Of a stretch of DNA of 64,000 nt, positions 57,901 to 64,000 are shown piece after piece. How positions within the stretch are numbered: position 1 is the first letter of the stretch; each line of letters opens with the position of its first letter. Position numbers and translations under genes: made by a program. Origin of the DNA: Ranitomeya imitator. Taxonomy: Eukaryota. The notes below the pieces were generated by a model. That model was not told where the DNA came from and did not search any database. It saw nothing but the letters and a program-made list of their open reading frames with translations. The DNA lies in contig NC_091289.1 in the NCBI RefSeq assembly GCF_032444005.1, positions 9,238,001-9,302,000 on the forward strand, read 5' to 3'.

Positions 57901-60580
57901 ATCGGTCTATGAGCCCGGCTGGTGCAGAAGGGGCACGCTCATCAGTCTATGAGCTTGGCTGGTGCAGAAGGGGCACGCTCATCAGTCTATGAGCTCGGCT
58001 GGTGCAGAAGGGGCACGCTCATCGGTCTATGAGCTCGGCTGGAGCAGGAGGGGCACGCTCATCAGTCTATGAGCTCGGCTGGTGCAGAAGGGGCACGCTC
58101 ATCAGTCTATGAGCTCGGCTGGTGCAGAAGGGGCACGCTCATCAGTCTATGAGCTCGGCTGGTGCAGGAGGGGCACGCTCATCAGTCTATGAGCTCGGCT
58201 GGTGCAGAAGGGGCACGCTCATCAGTCTATGAGCTCGGCTGGTGCAGAAGGGGCACGCTCATCAGTCTATGAGCTCGGCTGGTGCAGAAGGGGCACGCTC
58301 ATCAGTCTATGAGCTTGGCTGGAGCAGGAGGGGCACGCTCATCGGTCTATGAGCTCGGCTGGAGCAGGAGGGGCACGCTCATCGCTTTATGAGCTCGGCT
58401 GGAGCAGGAGGGGCATGCTCATCGGTCTATGAGCTTGGCTGGAGCAGGAGGGGCACGCTCATCGGTCTATGAGCTCGGCTGGAGCAGGAGGGGCACGCTC
58501 ATCGGTCTATGAGCTCGGCTGGAGCAGGGGGGGCACGCTCATCGGTCTATGAGCTCGGCTGGAGCAGGAGGGGCATGCTCATCGGTCTATGAGCTCGGCT
58601 GGAGCAGGAGGGGCACGCTCATCGGTCTATGAGCTCGGCTGGAGCAGGAGGGGCACGCTCATCGCTTTATGAGCTCGGCTGGAGCAGGACGGGCACGCTC
58701 ATCGCTTTATGAGCTCGGCTGGAGCAGGAGGGGCACGCTCATCGGTCTATGAGCTCGGCTGGAGCAGGAGGCGCACGCTCATCGGTCTATGAGCTCGGCT
58801 GGAGCAGGAGGGGCACGCTCATCGCTTTATGAGCTCGGCTGGAGCAGGAGGGGCATGCTCATCGGTCTATGAGCTTGGCTGGAGCAGGAGGGGCACGCTC
58901 ATCGCTTTATGAGCTCGGCTGGAGCAGGAGGGGCACGCTCATCGGTCTATGAGCTCGGCTGGAGCAGGAGGGGCACGCTCATCGGTCTATGAGCTCGGCT
59001 GGAGCAGGAGGGGCACGCTCATCAGTGTATGAGTTCGGCTGGAGCACGAGGGGCACGCTCATCGCTTTATGAGCTCGGCTGGAACAGGAGGGGCAAACTC
59101 ATCATTCTATGAGCTTGGATGAATCAGGAGGGGCATGTTCATCGCTCCATGAGCTCAGCTGGAACAAGCGGGGCACGTTCATCGCTCTATGAGCTTGGCT
59201 GGAGCAGGAGGGGCACGCTCATCAGTCTATGAGTTCGGCTGGAGCAGGAGGGGCACGCTCATCACTCTAAGAGCTCGGCTGGAGCAGGAGGGGCACGCTC
59301 ATCAGTCTATAAGTTCGGCTGGAGCACAAGGGGCACGCTCATCACTATGAGCTCGGCTGGAGCAGGAGGGGCACACTCATCAGTCTATGAGCTCGGCTGG
59401 TGCAGAAGGGGCACGCTCATCAGTCTATGAGCTCGGCTGGTGCAGAAGGGGCACGCTCATCAGTCTATGAGCTCGGCTGGTGCAGGAGGGGCACGCTCAT
59501 CGGTCTATGAGCTCGGCTGGTGCAGAAGGGGCACGCTCATCGGTCTATGAGCCCGGCTGGTGCAGAAGGGGCACGCTCATCAGTCTATGAGCTCGGCTGG
59601 TGCAGAAGGGGCACGCTCATCAGTCTATGAGCTCGGCTGGTGCAGAAGGGGCACGCTCATCAGTCTATGAGCTCGGCTGGTGCAGGAGGGGCACGCTCAT
59701 CGGTCTATGAGCTCGGCTGGTGCAGGAGGGGCACGCTCATCAGTCTATGAGCTCGGCTGGTGCAGAAGGGGCACGCTCATCAGTCTATGAGCTCGGCTGG
59801 TGCAGAAGGGGCACGCTCATCAGTCTATGAGCTCGGCTGGTGCAGGAGGGGCACGCTCATCAGTCTATGAGCTCGGCTGGTGCAGAAGGGGCACGCTCAT
59901 CAGTCTATGAGCTCGGCTGGTGCAGAAGGGGCACGCTCATCAGTCTATGAGCTCGGCTGGTGCAGGAGGGGCACGCTCATCGGTCTATGAGCTCGGCTGG
60001 TGCAGGAGGGGCACGCTCATCAGTCTATGAGCTCGGCTGGTGCAGGAGGGGCACGCTCATCGGTCTATGAGCTCGGCTGGTGCAGGAGGGGCACGCTCAT
60101 CAGTCTATGAGCTCGGCTGGTGCAGAAGGGGCACGCTCATCAGTCTATGAGCTCGGCTGGTGCAGAAGGGGCACGCTCATCAGTCTATGAGCTCGGCTGG
60201 TGCAGAAGGGGCACGCTCATCAGTCTATGAGCTCGGCTGGTGCAGAAGGGGCACGCTCATCAGTCTATGAGCTCGGCTGGTGCAGGAGGGGCACGCTCAT
60301 CAGTCTATGAGCTCGGCTGGTGCAGGAGGGGCACGCTCATCAGTCTATGAGCTCGGCTGGTGCAGAAGGGGCACGCTCATCAGTCTAGGAGCTCGGCTGG
60401 TGCAGGAGGGGCACGCTCATCAGTCTATGAGCTCGGCTGGTGCAGAAGGGGCACGCTCATCGGTCTATGAGCTCGGCTGGAGCACGAGGGGCACGCTCAT
60501 CGGTCTATGAGCTCGGCTGGTGCAGGAGGGGCACGCTCATCGGTCTATGAGCTCGGCTGGTGCAGGAGGGGCACGCTCAC
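54913..60580. repeat. 40-bp minisatellite (about 141 copies) with higher-order blocks
   Basis: Unit tatgagctcggctggagcaggaggggcacgctcatcggtc; diagnostic variant ggatgaatca at 56121, 57399 and 59117. Confidence 0.97.
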
Positions 60581-61040
60581 CACCCAATGGAACACAGGAG
60601 ATGGCATAACTCTGAAGCCTTTCTTTCTCTAAGAGCCTACAGTCCGGGCAATCCTTTAATTGCTGAGACCTTCACTAAGAAATTGCTAATATTTTTTCAT
60701 CAATAGCTTAACAGTCCCCAAAAATCACTTGCCCCATAAATGTCATGACAATCTGGAATGGATTAATCTGGGTGCGGAGTTCTCCTTCCCCAGGTTGGTG
60801 CTTCGGAGATGGATTTTCATCTCTGTGGAGGTAGATATCTTCCACTTAGGGGAAAAGTCTTTATGCAGAGGCCGTGGCGTCCATCAGGTATTGCCACGAT
60901 TCTGATGTAAATAGGAAATTTACCGCCATTTTGTGTAGACGAGGGTCCGCATAGGCATGTATGAGGCGTTATGAACGCGGTCGAATCATCTGAATGTTGT
61001 CTCGTCTTTTCTTCATAGTGTTGTAGATATTTCACCCCAC

Positions 61041-61198
61041 GTTTCCTCCGGTTTCCTCCCACACTCCAAAGACATACTGATAAGGAATGTAGATTGTGAG
61101 CCTCATTGGGGACAGTGATGATGATGTGTGCAAACTGTAAAGCGCTGCAGATTATGTTAGCACTATATAAAAATAAAGATTATTACTGTATTATTATT
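61041..61198 (+). mobile_element. 5'-truncated V-SINE-like retroposon
   Basis: gtttcctccggtttcctcccacactccaaagacatac (V-domain-like, recalled) followed by the tail tgtaaagcgctgc...atataaaaataaagattatt. Confidence 0.7.
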
Positions 61199-61529
61199 TC
61201 CACATAAAACGTTTCCTGCTTAAACCTCTGTCTTTTGGTATATGGTGATATCGGTGATGACCACAAGAGGGCGACTGAGGGTAGATGGGCAAATTACTGC
61301 ACATGCCGCACTATGCATCAGGTTCAAAGGCAAATATGGCCGATATGCTGCACCTTTACGTCTTAGGGGAAAGTAATAAGAATAACTGTAGTCAGGACTG
61401 TCCTATAAAAAAAATAATATTTTACCTTTATGATTTCTCTATGTCGCCCCCGCGCACAACAAGAGGGCTGACTGCAACCTGGTGTATTATACCGCACCTA
61501 CATGATAGTGCTTAAGTAATAACGACATA

Positions 61530-62340
61530 CAGAGTCATATAACACGGTCATAGAGCAGCCACATACTACTATCATACAGCTACTACTTTACAGTGCCATA
61601 TAATACCACCATCATACAATACCACCATACAATGCCATATATTACCATAGTATCATAAAATACCACTATACAGTGCCATATACTACTATACCATATAATG
61701 CCACCATCATACAATACCACCATACAATGCCATACATTACCATAGTACAATATAATACCACCATACAATGTCATATATTACTATAGTGTCATAAAATGAC
61801 ACCACCATACAGTGCCATATAGTACTATAGAGGGTCATATCATGCTACCATCATACAGTGTCATATAATACCACCATACAGTGCCATATAGTACTATAAA
61901 GTGTGATATAATGCTACCATCATACAGTGCCATATGATACCATCATACAGTGCCATATACTATACAGTGCCACTGTATATGACTTTGTTAGGTATATGGC
62001 ACTGTATGGTGATACAGTGCCATATACCACTATACAGTGCCATATAGTACTATAGTGTCATATAATGCTACCATCATACAGTATCATATAATAGCACCAT
62101 ACAGTGTCATATACTATACAGTGCCATATAATACCATCGTACAGTGCCATATACTATACAGTGCCACTGTATGGTGGTATTATATATTACTGTATAGTGG
62201 TATATGGCTTTGTTAGGTATATGGCACTGTATGGTGATACAGTGCCATATACCACCATACAGTGCCATATACTACTATAGAGTCATGCCACCATACAGTG
62301 CCATATACTAGTATTATATAGTGGTCAGATAATAGTTGCA
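61530..62340. repeat. Degenerate catacagtgccatata-type tandem repeat with short internal inversions
   Basis: Recurrent catacagtgccatata; two ggtatatggcactgtat-ggtg-atacagtgccatatacc hairpins. Confidence 0.8.
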
Positions 62341-62889
62341 CACTATATCCCTATATGCTTGCCATGTAATGCCGCCATGCAGCCGCCACATAGTGCAGTG
62401 TATCACGGCCTGTACATAACAGTGCCCTATATAGTACGGACCATCCCTCCATATAGTCCCTTCCTATACAGTATTATCAGGCAGCCCGCACACAGCAGTA
62501 CCTGCCATAATAGCCCTGTATTGTGCAGACATGGACTAATCAGGGGCACTGATCACACACATCCGCTATATGTGCGGCACCGCGACTATCGTGCCGTCCA
62601 CATTTTCTAACAAGGATTTCCATGGGTAAAATCTGCATTTTACAGCAGCAGAAAAGTGGATAAGACTTGAATAAACCTCTGAGCTGCAGATACGCAAGAA
62701 AAAATCTCCTCCTTTCAGACGCACAAGGTGAAAGCTGCAGAATTTGGGGCTGATTTTCCCTCTGTGGATCAGTGATGGGAGAACTTTTTTTTTTGTTTGT
62801 GGGTCAGGTGCAGCTCAGAGATCATCAGGGCGGATGGGAGTGAGGACAGGTGGATATAAGGAGCCCAGGAGGCTGGCGGAGAAGGAATC

Positions 62890-62926
62890 ATGGGGCCTAA
62901 AAAGATGGCTGCAGCGGCTGATGGAG
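62890..62926 (+). CDS. H1-8: Oocyte linker histone H1-8 (B4/H1M-like) exon 1
   Basis: ATG GGG CCT AAA AAG...GGA G|gtaaga; MGPKKMAAAADG resembles the recalled Xenopus B4 N-terminus; phase 1 fits the next exon. Confidence 0.75.
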
Positions 62927-63228
62927 GTAAGATGGGGGGCGTGCGGTCTGTGCTGGGGTCACACTTGTGGCGGACCCTTGTACTATTGGGGGTGCACGTG
63001 GCTGATCAGTGCGATGTGTGAGACCCTTGGTCATGCTAACAATACAAGGTCTGCACCTTAAAATAAAATGGCGGCATCATGTATGGCCAGACTGACCCAT
63101 TGGAAAGAAACTATTAGTCTGCTGCCCCTATACATGGACGCCCAGTGTGTTGCCGTGAAGTGGCTGCTTGTGATGAAACCGCCCCTTTAATCTGCCTTAT
63201 TTCTCATTCTGTTCCATTGTATCACAAG

Positions 63229-63512
63229 AGACCACTTCAGGGAAAACCAAAGAAAAGCCTAAAGTGGTGAAGATGAAGACCCTGAGCCGCCCCTCCACGC
63301 TCTCCATGGTGGTGGAAGCTCTGAAGAAGAACCCCGAGAGGAAGGGGACGTCTGTGCCGGCCATCCGCAAACATATCCTGCTGGCGCATCCCACTGCGGA
63401 CCCGGTGAGGCTGAGGTATTTACTGAGAAATGCTCTGAACAAAGGCCTCGAGAAGGGGATCCTCGTCAGACCCCGAAACTCCAACGCATCGGGCGCCACT
63501 GGCCGATTCAAG
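63229..63512 (+). CDS. H1-8: H1-8 exon 2 (winged-helix globular domain)
   Basis: ...LSRPSTLSMVVEALKKNPERKGTSVPAIRKHILLAHPTADPVRLRYLLRNALNKGLEKGILVRPRNSNASGATGRFK|gtaaga; acceptor at 63229 or the in-frame alternative 63241; synteny downstream of RHO. Confidence 0.92.
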
Positions 63513-63605
63513 GTAAGATGGGTCACGATTGTCTGCTGCGCACCACTGCCCCGGATATTGGGGGTGCTGGTACTGTAATGAGGGGGGTTATGCTCTTCTC
63601 TGCAG

Positions 63606-63747
63606 CTGGCGAAGCCTGGAGCCAAACCTAAGGTGGAGGGTGAGAACATGGATCCCAATGTGCAACCAAAGGAGAAGACTGTGAAACCCAAGAAGAAGGT
63701 GGTAACTGTCTCCAAGAAACCAAAGGCTGCAAAAGTGGGATCTAAAG
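63606..63747 (+). CDS. H1-8: H1-8 exon 3 (lysine-rich tail)
   Basis: ctgcag|CTG GCG AAG CCT...AAA G|gtatgt; LAKPGAKPKVEGENMDPNVQPKEKTVKPKKK...; 142 bp. Confidence 0.9.
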
Positions 63748-63963
63748 GTATGTTGGGGTCTTTATACCTAAACCAGTGTGTGCCCCCCTTTATAGACCGG
63801 ATACCAGTGCCTGGATATGAATCCGCTCACCTTACTCCCAATTCTATGGGTGCATGCAGCTCTGGGTGTGACTGGAGAGATGGCTCCGCTCCTGTATGTA
63901 GAGTGCAGTGCTGGGGGCGATGGAGGCTGCTGCTTGTCTGGTTAACACTTGTTTTCTTTAAAG

Positions 63964-64000
63964 CTGTTGAGAACATGGAGGACAAAGCTGCGGACAAGAA
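63964..64000 (+). CDS. H1-8: H1-8 exon 4 (partial, runs off the window)
   Basis: ttttctttaaag|CT GTT GAG AAC ATG GAG GAC AAA GCT GCG GAC AAG; phase matches exon 3. Confidence 0.7.
   Translation, partial: MLRTWRTKLRTR

Noticed and set aside
54913-60580. CRISPR-like look (regular about 40-bp period with a palindromic core); likewise the 86-bp arrays
   Set aside because: No unique spacers, no cas genes, eukaryotic intron-exon context; these are head-to-tail tandem repeats
60817-61062. 81-aa minus-strand ORF upstream of H1-8
   Set aside because: Starts inside a SINE fragment; no homology recognised
62828-62860. GC box, CAGGTG E-box and TATAAG just upstream of the H1-8 ATG as an oocyte (FIGLA-type) promoter
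   Set aside because: A TATA at this position would leave almost no 5' UTR, and the motifs are short enough to be chance; needs TSS data

Overview
Vertebrate (frog, probably neobatrachian) genomic DNA containing the conserved IFT122 - RHO - H1-8 (H1FOO) block, all on the + strand. It holds the last 15 coding exons of IFT122 (420-42870, 625 aa, two U12-type introns), a complete 5-exon rhodopsin gene (48813-52282, 354 aa) with a recognisable proximal promoter, and the first four exons of the oocyte linker histone H1-8 (62890 to window end). One IFT122 intron carries a full-length 7.6-kb L1/Tx1-clade LINE with two open ORFs. It sits inside an 86-bp tandem array, begins with a diverged copy of the array sequence and has no poly(A) tail, so it is the best candidate here for an undescribed satellite-targeting retroelement. 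About 48% of the window (about 30 kb by my estimate) is tandem repeat from roughly a dozen unrelated minisatellite families. Two carry striking transcription-factor motifs in essentially every unit: a 57-bp unit with a CTCF core motif (about 68 copies) and a 41-bp unit with a CRX site plus an NRL/Maf half-site (about 67 copies, 2.3-5.1 kb upstream of RHO). Nearly all long ORFs outside the three genes and the LINE are artefacts of these repeats. Transposon family names and cross-species comparisons come from recalled knowledge; no database search was run.
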